Shown piece by piece: positions 1 through 12,360 of a stretch of DNA of 64,000 nt; the first letter of the stretch is position 1, and every line of letters begins with the position of its first letter. The position numbers were made by a program, and so were the translations under genes. This stretch comes from Geosiphon pyriformis uo1 (taxonomy: Eukaryota > Fungi > Glomeromycota): positions 623,222 through 687,221 of the forward strand of contig JAAOMT010000659.1 of assembly GCA_016748015.1 (NCBI GenBank), in the 5' to 3' direction. The notes beneath the pieces were generated by a model. It had not been told where the DNA came from, made no database searches, and saw nothing but the letters and a program-made list of their open reading frames with translations.

Positions 1-539
1 CATCCATATCAGGAATAGGGCTGGCTGCTGTTGTGGAGATTTTACTGAAGATCTCATCTGGAACCACAAAGGGGTTCAGTATGACCATAGCAGTTGTGAC
101 TGCCTGCTGCTGTTTTTTGGGATTTTTTGCTTTTGCGGCCATTTGTGAAGCAGTAGTAGTAGAAGTAGTAGTGAGAGTGGTGAGAGCAGGAAAGACCAAC
201 TTGTTGACTGGTCTGTTATTAAAAATCTTTGGGCTCTTTGAAGTGGTAGAGACAACACTGGGACTAACCCGAGTGTGTCTTTTTGAAGGAACTTTGACTG
301 GAGAAGAACTTCCAGCCAAAGGAGAAGAAAATGAACCAGAAGCCGCTAAAGGCAGCTTATTACTATTATTTTTTAAAGGAAATGTTGCCAGAACATTTTG
401 TCTAGCTGCTTCAATAACAGAGAGACCCTCTCGTGTTGAAACTTTATTAGTTACTATAGGAAAAGTAATGTTTGCAACTTTTTTACTCTTAGCTCTATTC
501 ATGGTCATGAAATTTAGAAGAGAAAGAGTTTTTTGTCTG
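1..539 (-). mobile_element. ORF1-only non-autonomous non-LTR element, copy A (5' part; runs off window start)
   Basis: Near-identical to 3663-4025 and to the reverse complement of ~27998-28535. ATG at 508 opens MTMNRAKSKKVANITFP...; junction with gypsy protease sequence at ~540. Confidence 0.85.
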
Positions 540-540
540 C

Positions 541-1760
541 AAAGCTATTCCTGTCTGCATTAATGGCATCAGTATTGAAACTGACATGGAAGTTTCTGAA
601 GCTAAAGAATATACCATCATTGTTAGCAATGAGTGGCTCAAGAAAGCAAAAGCCTTACTCGACTATGAACTTTGTGAGCTAACCATAAGATGTGATGAAA
701 AACCCATTGTGGTTAAATGTCACCATTGGACAACTCCTCTAGCAACCAAACAAAATCAAGAAGATAAGCAATCAGAGGAATCAGATGATGAAGAGAGTGA
801 TGAAGAAGATGAACAAGAAGAACAAGAAGAAACTGCTGAACTTGCCTATACCACCTTCACCAGCAATGGCAAGCCACTAGACAATGTTAAAGCTGATAGA
901 GAGGAAATCATTGTAAATGGCAAGCTGATCTGCTGGCCCTACTATGATATCCTAAGAAGAACCTTTGACCAAAAGCCTGACAAGAAAGCCAAATACAGTT
1001 ATTGGTGGCATGGCCCTTGTGCCCAGTGCTGGTGCAATAAACCTTTGTATTTTTCAAGTGATAAATGCAAATCATGCCTGATCTATTACAAAAATTGGGA
1101 ACCAATTAGCCTAATACCAAGAGATAAATTAAAAGAAGTACAGAAGTCCTTTGAGAATGAACCACCTGAGATCCAATCATTAGTAGTAAAACAAAGAGAA
1201 CCCTTCCCAGAAGAAAGAAAGATAGACATTGAAAATCTGTTGGCAAGAAACAGCCCAGTTATCTCAAAAGAAGGTGATACCCCAGGACGAACCCATGTAA
1301 TACAACACACCATCACCACCAGAGAAACTTGCCCCATTCATTTAAAGCCTTACCAATCCAATTGCCAAAATAATGAGTTCATCAAGAAAGAAATAAACAG
1401 AATGAAAGAACTTGAATTCATACAAGAAACCAAGAGTGAATGGGCTTTCCCAGTTGTAGTGGTATCCAAGAAAGGTGAAACTCTATGCTTCTGTGTTGAC
1501 TACTGCCAATTAAATGCCATCACTGAAAGAGACATGTATCCACTTCCCAAGATTAATGCAATGCTGGACCAATTCAAAGATGCTAACTGCTGGATTCTGG
1601 CAAGTAAAGATGGATCCAGAAAGCCAGAAGAAAACCACCTTCATTACCAAGTATGGCATCTATGAATTCACAGTCATGCCTTTTGGTCTTACCAATGCCC
1701 CACCCACCTTTTAATGCTTAATGGATAAAGTATTTGAATCAGTGAAAGAAAACTTTGTTC
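541..1760 (+). mobile_element. Ty3/gypsy pol fragment (protease C-terminus, Cys-rich spacer, RT N-terminus), degraded
   Basis: ORF 586-1665 is homologous to the pol copies at 13172-14704 and 39481-40710 (WAFPVVVVSKK...FCVDY; [14 protein letters not shown]). Cut on both sides by non-LTR insertions. Confidence 0.9.
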
Positions 1761-4025
1761 TTTTTTTTTTTTTTTTGTCAACGTGTAGCCACGCCGGTTG
1801 TTTATTAGTTATTCCACAGTGATGTGGTGGTTTCATAAAGCCAGCTCACCCAATAATACATATTACAAGATGCGGCTAACCACAAGTGGAAAGCCCTAAC
1901 TACACGCTAGTACTACCTTTGCTACCTAATATATTAAACATATCTAATTCATACATCTTACCCATAATACATACAAGTTTATGACTACTCTTAACAAGAC
2001 TGTTCATCCACTTAGCAGTTTGATCTGGATCGGACTTAATATTAGAGGATTGAACCTTTCATAACTCCATCATCGAATCAAATGTATCATCATAGACTGA
2101 AAAATCTTTAACATCACCATTATCATCATCATCATTATTATCATCCATGTCTTCATCATCAGATATGTTATAGTGTACCTTCTCACTCCTCAACTTGAGG
2201 GCCCCCACTTCCTTTTGTAGCACAGAAGCCACAGCACGAACAGCCTTAATTTGGTTTCCCAATCCAATCACACTTTTTTTCATTGCCTCTGCCACAACTG
2301 GTGGAGTAGACAATAATGTAGTAACCAATGCAACTAAAGAACCCACAGGCTCAACTATAGATTTGATCAACAAAGCCAGTTTACTAAGTTGGGTTTCCAG
2401 AGAAGCCAATCTAGCATTAACAGCAACATCCGAACCAGAGGAGGCAACCAGCAATGGCGGCACCACAACTTTGGGGGAGGTACTGAAAGCCAGTCTCGTA
2501 TCAGCAGCAGCAGCAACAGGAGGAACAACAGAGGTGGCAGCTTTGGTGTAGGATTTAGCTCCAACAAGAGATGACTTAAGAAAGACGGGACCACCAGTAG
2601 AATTAGAAGAGAGTTTGGGAGGGAGAGGTGGCAACACCTTGCAGTCCACAGCCAAATAATCCAAACTTTGACATCTGTAGCAGTGACGACATCCAGGAGT
2701 TTCCCACCAGATGCAGCAGCCATATAAGGTACCAGTTTTTGAAACAGCAGAATTTAAAGATTCCAAGGAATCAAAGGTCACCACTGCAAAGCATTGACGT
2801 CAATAGGAATCAGGGGAGTGGGGAATGAAACATGTACGGCCACCAACTTGGGAGACCAGATCACTTATCTCAAATGCAGTGCAGCCAAATGGAAGATTAA
2901 CCAGCTTAGCTTTGAAAGCATTTCTTGAGAAGATAACCTCCTTTTGGTTGGCAATGAGAAAAATCCTAACACTATCTTTTCTGACCAATACAGACCAGTT
3001 AAAGAGAGCAGCAGCAGCAGAAAAAACGTCCTTAAAGTTAACCACAGCATATTGCCATAAGCCAGCAGGCTTCAACTTAACAGAAGTGACAACACCAAAA
3101 ATACCAAGAGCAGATTTGATGTCATCAGAAGAGACTCCCAAGGGTACATTACGCAGTGCAACAGACAAAGAAGGGGAAGAAACAGAGGCTACTCCTGAAG
3201 ACCATGCAATCTTAAGAGTGGTCAAAAAAACCTTATCACCAATGGCCACTTTGGTAGCACCATTTAGACACTCCTGAGATGCAAATTCCACACAGAACAA
3301 CTTGACAGCATCTTGTGAAACAGATTTAAGCCCAATACAACCAGGCAGCAATTGAAACAAAGAACTAAGCAAAGCCATCTTGATCTTAAATGTAGCACCA
3401 GGTACAAGATTGGAGGCCACCCAACCAGAGAACCTTTGACGTCCAGTTACATTCACCCAAGCACCAGCATCAGATGCACCAGAAACTGGGGAGGGAACAG
3501 TTGATTCCATTTCCATCTGATCAGTCCAATCTTTGAGATCATCTGGATTGATGGACTGTTTTGCTACTGGGATTGGCAATGATCTGCCAGAGAGTACCAC
3601 ATCAGGCAACACAGCCAGTGGTTGATCTTGGCCCAACTTGGAAGATGTGCTACTGCTGTTGCCATCCATATCAGGAATAGGGCTGGCTGCTGTTGTGGAG
3701 ATCTTACTAAAGATCTCATCTGAAACCACAAAGGGGTTCGATGTGACCATAGCAGTTATGACTGCCTGCTGCTGTTTTTTGGGATTTTTTGCTTTTGTGG
3801 CCATTTGTGAAGTAGTAGTAGTAGAAGTAGTAGTGGGAGTGGTGAGAACAGGAAAGACCAACTTGTTGACTGGTCTGTTATTAAAAATCTTTGGGCTCTT
3901 TGAAGTGGTAGAGACAACACTGGGACTAACCCAAGTGTGTTTTTTTGAAGGAACTTTGACTGGAGAAGAACTTCCAGCCAAAGGAGATGAAAATGAACCA
4001 GAAGCCGCTAAAAGCAGCTTATTAC
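1761..4025 (-). mobile_element. ORF1-only non-autonomous non-LTR element, copy B
   Basis: Poly(T) 1761-1776 is the poly(A) tail. 3' tail shared with the LINE; colinear with copy C (27979-30417); 5' ~170 bp cut off by the LTR at 4026. Confidence 0.9.
1900..4025 (-). pseudogene. LINE ORF1-like protein (Ser/Thr-rich N-terminus, RRM-like domains, CCHC knuckle, putative coiled coil, Asp-rich tract), with premature stops
   Basis: ORFs 2800-3981 and 2059-2784 are in one frame. Motifs VALRNVPLG...WQYAVVNF, KAKLVNLP and CYRCQSLD(H/Y)LAVDC; ends ...GSTSV*. Confidence 0.8.
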
Positions 4026-4632
4026 TGTTACAGATTGGAGTAACAAGCTAACGAATAGCAAGGGAGAACAGTATTGTATGGTAATGGAAATAAACAAAGA
4101 AGGAATTACAATAAGGGAGCGAATTGAATAAGTAGGAATTCAATATGCGTGATCTGTCTCATAAAAATCACAGTTGCTAATCTTTTCTTAAATCTGAAGG
4201 TAAAGGAATAGTCCATGATTGTCAACAAGATAACACTGCTGCTATTATTCTATGCCTCAACTCGGCGATTCTTAGAATCAATAACAGGTATCATTATACT
4301 TTTTAATCGTTTTTTTATTCAATGAATTACAAGAGCTTCTCAGGCTAATTCTAACAAATACAAATCAAGAAGGGGAAAAGATAAGGTATGTGAATGCCAA
4401 CAAGTAGATACTTGAAGGTAAGGAAAGGGGAATAAGCGATTATGAGAGAAAGTAATTGATATTGTTTATTTCGTTACTTTGATCATGTCTTTCTACAGCT
4501 AAGGGAATCATTGCTTATATAGCTATCTAAAGTGGTCAATGATCACTATCTAAAAATAGGGTGGCTAATTATATGACATCAGTGGCTAATACATGTGATA
4601 ATTAATAAAAACTATGTGTTTCAACTGTAACA
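4026..4632 (-). repeat. LTR (subfamily a), 3' LTR of unit 1
   Basis: TGTTACAG...CTGTAACA termini; adjacent PPT complement tcatcctctcc from 4633. Confidence 0.9.
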
Positions 4633-5258
4633 TCATCCTCTCCAAAGAGATTGAGCTCTGGCGAAATCAAACTATTTATGGGATAGTCTATGTGAAGGGT
4701 TTTGTCTAACACAAAACTAACTAGTTTGTTGAAATCTTTTATGGATAGAGTATATAATACTTGAGGCGAAATAAGCTTTGTATCTAAGAGACCAAATCTT
4801 TGTATAAGAGTTCTGGCTCTTCTTGCAATGGTCAAAACTCTTGGGACATCCAATCGTATAATGCCCAAAATTTTCACTTGTATCTCTGAAGTTGTTTTCT
4901 TCATGAGCTTCATGTCTTCTATGATTTCACCAAGACGACCATAGAGTTCTAGTTGTCTTTCATATGACAAGTTTTTGTCTATGGGCAAGATTTCTTGTAT
5001 TGTTTTTCCAATTGTGCTGGAAGGTGAAAGTATTGCTGCTGTTATGCTTTCCAGCAGATATTTATCCATTTTGTCACCAATTCTTTCTCTTCTGGTAGTT
5101 GTTTTCTTTGGTCTGATAACAGTGTGAGTTCCACTGTTGTCTGTTATAGTGGTTTGTTTTCCGATAGTCAGAGTAGTATTTGAATAGTTCTTGATCCAGT
5201 ACTCATGGAGAGTATAGAAAGCATTTTGAATGTTTTGATCCAGGAAATAATTGTTCAT
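4602..5258 (-). CDS. Gypsy ORF4, 218-aa protein of unknown function (open in this copy)
   Basis: ATG at 5258 (MNNYFLDQ...) follows the integrase stop; reads through the PPT and stops ~30 nt inside the LTR. Homologous copies at 24914, 42448, 55720 and 62660. Confidence 0.75.
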   Translation of the reverse strand: MNNYFLDQNIQNAFYTLHEYWIKNYSNTTLTIGKQTTITDNSGTHTVIRPKKTTTRRERIGDKMDKYLLESITAAILSPSSTIGKTIQEILPIDKNLSYERQLELYGRLGEIIEDMKLMKKTTSEIQVKILGIIRLDVPRVLTIARRARTLIQRFGLLDTKLISPQVLYTLSIKDFNKLVSFVLDKTLHIDYPINSLISPELNLFGEDDVTVETHSFY

Positions 5259-5299
5259 GTCAATTGAAGATACCTCTGTTTTGGGAATGGTGCATTTAT

Positions 5300-6613
5300 T
5301 TATATCTAATTTTTGCTGATCATTTGGGTCAGTATTACCACAACAGGTAACCAATCAGGTTGTTTGTAATATTTCTTGAGTCGCATGCCATGAACAGGGT
5401 GATCACTGAATATTGTTCCATATTGATTTTGTAAGATATAAGAACCATTGTTCAAAACTTTGTTGACTATAAAGGGTTCTTTTCACAGGCTAGAGAATTT
5501 ATCACCATAGACATTGTCTCTGTCTGAATGGTATTCCAAAATTAAGTCACCAACACTTAAGGAAAGTGTTTTATAGGTCTTTTTCTTTTTGAGCTTCTCT
5601 TAGAACTGTTTTATCTTTTCAAAGGCAATTATCTGTGCTTCTACCAATGAGTCAAGAATGGTACCAAGTCTTCTTTGCAAAATGTTCTTGTAATCTCCTA
5701 TTGTTATTTCTTCAAAAGGTATTGTTTCTATATCTGTTTCTATTGGTAGAGTTGCCATTCATCCATAGAGCAAATAAAAGGGTTCATAACTTGTTATGTC
5801 ATGATTCACAGTTCTGTAAACAAACAAAGCTGAAGGCAATACTTTGTCCCATAGGTTGGTTTCTTCACTGGTTTTGGCTAGGGTTTCACATAGTGTTCTA
5901 TTGAAATGTTCCACTAAGCCATTTGTTTGGGGGTGATAAGGGGAAGAGAGTTTATGACGTATTCCCATTTTTCTGCAAAGTTCTTCAACCAGTGTACTGA
6001 GAAAAGCTCTTCCTCTATCAGATAAAAGTTCTTTGGGGCAGCTGTGGTAACAGATAATATCTTCATAAATAAAATTGGCAATTGAGACTGCTGTTTGATC
6101 TGGGGTGGCTCTTGCTTCTACCCACTTTGTAAGATAGTCGGTAGCTGTGATAATGTATCTGTTGCCATTAGGAGTTACTGTTAAAGGTCCAACAACATCT
6201 ATACCAATTCTATCAAATGGTTGACCAACAAAGATTGGATGGATATCTTCCTTGCGATTGGGTTTTTCTCTTCTTTGGCAGATATCACAGGTTTTGATGT
6301 ATTCAGCAATGTCTTTTCCCAAGATAGGCCAATAATAGTGAGCTAAAGTTTTCTGGATCGTTTTTGTTTTTCCAAAGTGTCCAGCTAATGGATCAGTGTG
6401 CATATTGTAGATCACAATTTCTCTTTCTTCAAATCTAATAACTCTCTGGGGGCAGTCAGGATCTTTTCTATTTCTTTTATATAACTGGTTCTGGCGAATC
6501 AAATAGAAATTTGATGGTTTGCGCAAATGTTCTCTTTGCTGTCGAGTATAATCCAGTATGTATTGTCCTTTACCCAAAAATTCCATTAAGGCAGAGTAGT
6601 TGTCCAAGTCCAT
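5300..6613 (-). pseudogene. Integrase ORF (H2C2 zinc finger, DDE core, GPF-type C-terminus)
   Basis: MHTDPLAGHFG...CDICQ, IGIDVVGP, LLSDRG, QTNGLVE; own ATG (MDLDNY); premature stops. Confidence 0.9.
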
Positions 6614-6678
6614 TATTGTGTTTGTTTGTGGGGGAGTTACAAATAATTAAGTTGGTTTGGTTTGAGAGAGTTTTACTA

Positions 6679-9331
6679 TTACTGGATGGTAAGTCTGGAG
6701 AGAGCATCGGTGTTTTGATGATTAGCTCCTTTGCGGTGTTGAATGTCATAGTCAAATTTGTCCAAGTGGAGTATCCAGCGAGTTTTCTATTTATGTTCCA
6801 GATTTCTTTTGTTACATAGCCAAACCAAAGCTTGGTAATCTGTTACCACCAAAAATTTCACACTCTTAAGATATTTGTCCCAGTAGTTGGTAGCCCAAAC
6901 TACTGCTAAGCATTCTTGCTCAGTGACTGAGTAGTTCTTTTCTGCTGGTGTAAGAGTTCTACTGGCATATGCTACGGCGTGTTTTCTGTTATCTTCATCT
7001 TTTTGGGAAAGAACAGCACCAAGTCCATAGCCAGATACATCAGTGTGGAGGATAAAAGGTTGATCCAAATTAGGTTGCATGAGGATGGGTTCTGTAACCA
7101 GTTTTTCCTTCAGAATTTCAAATGCTTTTTGTTGATGAGTGCCCCAGTGATAATTGATGTTTTTTCTAAGTAGCTGATTGAGAGGAGCAGCGATTTTGGA
7201 GAAATCCTTGACAAACTTGCAATAATAAGAGGCCAAACCAAGAAAAGAGCATAGTTCATGAACATTCATTGGTTGTCTAATGTTTTGAACTTTTTCAATT
7301 TTGGCTGGATCAGGGAAAATTCCATCTTTTGTAATAAGATGGCCAAGGAACTGGGTGGATTGACGTCCAAAGAATGATTTGATTAGATTGATCTTAAGAC
7401 CAGCATTTCTAAGGAGGTCAAAAACCTTTTGCAAATGTTCAAGGTATTCATCCCAGGTTTTTGAGTATACCATTATGTCATCCAAGTAGACTAGAACAAA
7501 GTTTTCTTTTACTGATTTAAATACTTTGTCCATTAAGCATTGAAATGTGGAAGGAGCATTTGTGAGACCAAAAGGCATGACTGTGAATTCATAGGTACCA
7601 TACTTGGTGATGAAAGCAGTTTTTTTTCTGCTTTCTAATCCAGCAGTTAAGTCAATGGTTGAGAAGAAAGCAGCACTATGGAATTGGTCTAGCATTGCAT
7701 CAATCTTGAGAAGTGGGTACATGTCTCTTTCAGTAATGGCATTTAATTGGTGATAGTCAACACAAAAGCATAGGGTTCCTCCTTTCTTGGATACCACTAC
7801 AACTGGGAATGCCCATTTACTCTTGGTTTCCTGTATGAATCCAAGAGTTTTCATTCAGGTTAATTTTTTTTTTATAAACTCATCATTGTGCCTGTTGGAT
7901 TGATAGGGCTTCAAATAGATGGGGCAAATTTCTCTGGTGATGATGGTGTGTTGTATCACATGTGTACATCCAGGAGGTTCACCTTCTTTTGAGATAACTA
8001 GCCAGCAGGTTTTCAATGTCTACTTTTCTTTCTTCTGGAGAGGGTTCTCTTTGTTCTACAACCAGTGATTGGATTTCAGATGGTTCATTTTCAAAGGACT
8101 TTTGGACTTCTTTTATTTCCTCTCGGGGTATTAAACTGATTGGTTCCCAATCTTTGTAATAGATCAGGCAGGACATGCATTCATCACTAGGAGAGTACAA
8201 TGGTTTGTTGCACCAGCACTGGGCACAAGGACCATGCTACTAATAACTGTATTTGGCTTTCTTGCCTGGCTTTCTGTCAAAGGTTCTTCTAAGCATGTCA
8301 TAATAAGGCCAGCAGATCAGCTTGCCATTGACAATGATTCCTTCTTTATCTGTCTTGACATTATCCAGTGGTTTGCCATTGCTGGTGAAGATGGTATAGG
8401 TGAGTTCAGCAGTTTCTTCTTGTTCTTCTTGTTCTTCTTCTTCCTCACTTTCTTCATCATCTGATTCATTTTCTTCTGGACTCTGCTTGGGTACTGGGGG
8501 AGTTGTCCAATGGTGACACTTAACCACAATGGGTTTCTCACCACATCTGATGGTTAGTTCACAGAGTTCATAATCAAGCAAAGCCTTTGCTTTCTTGAGC
8601 CATTCATTGCCAACAATGATGGTGTATTCTTTTGCTTCAGACACTTCCATATCAGTTTCAATGCTGATGCCATTGATGTGGACAGGAATAGCTTTGGCTA
8701 TGCCAAGCCCTTTTTTCTTATCACCATGCACATTGGTCATTGGTCGTGTGGATAGTTCATCAATTTTTCTGCCAATTGCTTCAAGAAAGTGTTTGGCAAT
8801 AACACTAACAGATGATCTACTGTCTAGGATCAAATCGATGAAGTAGCCAGCCACTTGGGCTTTACAAATTAGAAGAGTGACATTGCTATTGTCAGCAAGT
8901 CCAGCTTGGTGAGAGTGTTTGTTGGTTTTGGGTGTCTTTTTCTTTGGAATCAGAAATTTGCGAAGATCTTTTCTGAATTGTGGATGGGTCATCAATTGGC
9001 CAAAGATTATATGTGCTGGGGTTTCCATAAAGTCTTTGACAACAGAATAGGGACCAGATTTTTGTACTATTTTTGGGGTTTCTAACTTTGGAGGGTTCTT
9101 GAAAACTTTGGCTTTTGGGGGCTCATTGTTGTCAGCAGTTGATGTAGAAGCTTTATTGGGGTCCAGAACGAAATCAACTTTGGCTTTCTTCTTCTTTCTT
9201 GTGGATTCAGAGGGGTTGATTGCTAATTCATCCATGTTATGGTCATCATTAGTTAAGTTAAAAGCGTAAAAGAGGTTTTCTTCTGGTTGGCTTGCACTCT
9301 CACCCTTTGGAGGTGCGCTTACCAGTTTAAA
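6679..9331 (-). pseudogene. pol (aspartic protease, RT, RNase H), degraded
   Basis: LILDSRSS (DSG in other copies), VYLDDI, ILHTDVSGYGLGAVL, EQECLAVVWA; ends SRLTIQ*. Confidence 0.9.
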
Positions 9332-10258
9332 GGCTGATAAACAGTGGCTTCAACTAGGGGATCCTCTCCATCTAACAATTCTTTGCTGAGCATTGGCATC
9401 TGTTTCTTGTGAGAACCAGATAGCAGGGGATCCTTGAAGGTAGCCACCAACAATTTGGAACTTGTACTCATCATCATATTGATTGGCTGTAGCGGCTCTT
9501 TCAAAGTCATCCAACCATTCAATTGCATCTTGTGCATCACCTCTAAATAATGGTATTGGGGTGTTGTTTCTTCGCCCTAGAGCAGTTTGTATACCTTGGA
9601 GGGCAGCCAGAATGTTTGCTTGCATGGGGTCATTAGCCATTGGTTCAGGGGTAACTGTTTGTGTAGATGAGTCTGATTTGCTTGAAAAAAAAAAAAAAAC
9701 AGGGGCAGTTTGGTAGCTTTCTTCTTCTGTTTCAAAGGGAGTTTCAGTTGCTTGATGNNNNNNNNNNNNNNNNNNNNNNNNNNNNNNNNNNNNNNNNNNN
9801 NNNNNNNNNNNNNNNNNNNNNNNNNNNNNNNNNNNNNNNNNNNNNNNNNNNNNNNNNNNNNNNNNNNNNNNNNNNNNNNNNNNNNNNNNNNNNNNNNNNN
9901 NNNNNNNNNNNNNNNNNNNNNNNNNNNNNNNNNNNNNNNNNNNNNNNNNNNNNNNNNNNNNNNNNNNNNNNNNNNNNNNNNNNNNNNNNNNNNNNNNNNN
10001 NNNNNNNNNNNNNNNNNNNNNNNNNNNNNNNNNNNNNNNNNNNNNNNNNNNNNNNNNNNNNNNNNNNNAGGTTTCAGCTGAATGCTCGTTCAGGAACCAG
10101 TTCCAAAAGTCTTGGAATTGTCTACTGGATTGTTCTTCAAGGGGGAAGCAGATCAAGCAGGAGGGCAGAGGATTAAGTTCAATGAAACTTTGGTCGTTTC
10201 TGTTGTGTGCTGCAAAGTGTTCTTCTGATTGCTGTGACAGATATGAGTAATCACCCAT
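9319..10258 (-). pseudogene. gag, with a large internal deletion and an assembly gap
   Basis: MGDYSY... start; PLFRGDAQDAIEWLDDFERAA capsid motif joined directly to the ...EDPLVEATVYQPLNW* end. Confidence 0.85.
9758..10068. other. Assembly gap (N run)
   Basis: Run of n; the equivalent segment in the sister unit (16141-16300) is only ~160 bp. Confidence 0.99.
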
Positions 10259-10310
10259 ACAATGAGGGAATAAGTGAATTTTGACAACCTCACAGGGAGC
10301 ACTACTTTTA

Positions 10311-10988
10311 TGTTATGGGTTGGAGTAACAAGCTAATGGATAGCAAAGGAGAACAGTATTGTATGGTGATGGAAATAAACAAAGAAGGAATTACAATAAG
10401 GGAGCAAATTGAATAAGTAGGAATTCAATGTGCGTGATCAGTCTCATAAAAATCACAGTCGCTAATTTTTTCTTAAATCTGAAGGTAGAGGAATAGTCCG
10501 TGATTGTCAACAAGATAACACTGCTGCTATTATTCTATGCCTCAACTTGGTGATTCTTAGAATCAATAACAGGTATCGTTGTACTTTTCAATCATTTCTT
10601 TATTCAATGAATTACAAGAGCAAGCCAATTGCTTCTCAGGCTAATTCTAACAAATACAAATCAAGAAGGAGAAAAGATAAGGTATGTGAATGCCAACAAG
10701 TAGATACTTGAAAGTAAGGAAAGGGGAATAAGCGATTATGAGAGGAAGTAATTGATATTGTTTATTTTGTTACTTTGATCATGTCTTTCTACAGCTAAGG
10801 GAATCATTGCTTATATAGCTATCTAAAGTGGTCAACAACCAGGTTAATGATCAGGTCAATGATCAGGTCAACGGTCAGGTCATTGATCAGGTCAACGATC
10901 ACTATCTAAAAATAGGGTGGCTAATTATATGACATCAGTGGCTAATACATGTGATAATTAATAAAAACTTTGGGTTTCAACCATAACA
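10311..10988 (-). repeat. LTR (subfamily a), shared central LTR
   Basis: TGTTATGG...CCATAACA termini; PBS complement 10286-10304; PPT complement from 10989. Confidence 0.9.
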
Positions 10989-11086
10989 TTATCCTCTCCA
11001 AAGAGATTGAGCTCTGGCGAAATCAAGCTATTTATGGGATAGTCTATGTGAAGGGTTTTGTCTAACTCAAAACTAACTAGTTTGTT

Positions 11087-11245
11087 NNNNNNNNNNNNNN
11101 NNNNNNNNNNNNNNNNNNNNNNNNNNNNNNNNNNNNNNNNNNNNNNNNNNNNNNNNNNNNNNNNNNNNNNNNNNNNNNNNNNNNNNNNNNNNNNNNNNNN
11201 NNNNNNNNNNNNNNNNNNNNNNNNNNNNNNNNNNNNNNNNNNNNN
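11087..11245. other. Assembly gap (N run) covering most of ORF4 of unit 2
   Basis: Run of n; the equivalent region in unit 1 is ~840 bp. Confidence 0.99.
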
Positions 11246-12296
11246 AAAGTGTTTTATAGGTCTTTTTCTTTTTGAGCTTCTCTTGGAACTGTTTTATCTT
11301 TTCAAAGGCAATTATCCGTGCTTTTACCAATGAGTCAAGAATGGTACCAAGTCTTCTTTGCAAAATGTTCTTGTAATCTCCTATTGTTATTTCTTCAAAA
11401 GGTATTGTTTCTATATCTGTTTCTATTGGTAGAGTTGCCATTCGTTCATAGAGCAAATAAAAGGGTTCATAACTTGTTATGTCATGATTCACAGTTCTGT
11501 AAACAAACAAAGCTGAAGGCAATACTTTGTCCCATAGGTTGGTTTCTTCACTGGTTTTGGCTAGGGTTTCACATAGTGTTCTATTGAAACGTTCTACTAG
11601 GCCATTTGTTTGGGGGTGATAAGGGGAAGAGAGTTTATGATGTATTCCCATTTTTCTGCAAAGTTCTTCAACCAGTGTACTGAGAAAAGCTCTTCCTCTA
11701 TCAGATAAAAGTTCTTTGGGGCAGCTGTAATGACAGATAATATCTTCATAAATGAAATTGGCAATTGAGACTGCTGTTTGATCTGGGGTGGCTCTTGCTT
11801 CTACCCACTTTGTAAGATAGTCGGTAGCTGTGATAATATATCTGTTGCCATTAGGAGTTACTGTTAAAGGTCCAACAACATTTATACCAATTCTGTCAAA
11901 TGGTTAACCAACAGAGATCGGATGGATATCTTTCTTGCGATTGGGTTTTCCTCTTCTTTGACAGGTATCACAGGTTTTGATGTATTTAGCAATGTCTTTT
12001 CCCAAGATAGGCCAATAATAGCGAGCTAAAGTTTTCTGGATTGTTTTTGTTTTTCCAAAGTGTCCAGCTAATGGATCAGTGTGCATATTGTAGATCACAA
12101 TTTCTCTTTCTTCAAATCTGATGACTCTCTGGGGGCAGTCAGGATCTTTTCTATTTCTTTTATATAACTGGTTCTGGCGAATCAAATAGAAATTTGATTG
12201 TTTGCGCAAATGTTCTCTTTGCTGTCGAGTATAATCTGGTATGTATTGTTCTTTACCCAAAAATTCCATTAAGGCAGAGTAGTTGTTCAAGTCCAT
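11246..12296 (-). pseudogene. Integrase ORF, unit 2
   Basis: ORFs 11904-12302 and 11073-11651; H2C2 and QTNGLVERFN motifs. Confidence 0.9.
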
Positions 12297-12360
12297 TATC
12301 ATGTTTGTTTGTGGGGGAGTTACAAATAATTAAGTTGGTTTGGTTTGAGAGGGTTTATTA

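Noticed and set aside
33-563. Hydrophobic 137-186 aa ORFs antisense to the ORF1-only element (also 3638-4051 and 27996-28556), and ORFs 2195-2551 and 2825-3277
   Set aside because: Antisense shadows of a Ser/Thr/Val-rich coding strand. They use non-ATG starts and their ends are set by flanking insertions.
4602-5354. ORF4 as an env gene, or as the 250-aa ORF called by the track
   Set aside because: No signal peptide or transmembrane helix is evident. The extra 32 codons use a non-ATG start and overlap the integrase C-terminus; the conserved ATG gives 218 aa.
10400-10500. A functional tRNA-Met gene inside the LTR
   Set aside because: Only the anticodon and variable region match; there is no T-loop (GTTCRA) or acceptor stem in register. 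Reported as tRNA-complementary boxes instead.
9350-11651. ORFs containing long X runs
   Set aside because: Artefacts of translating N gaps.
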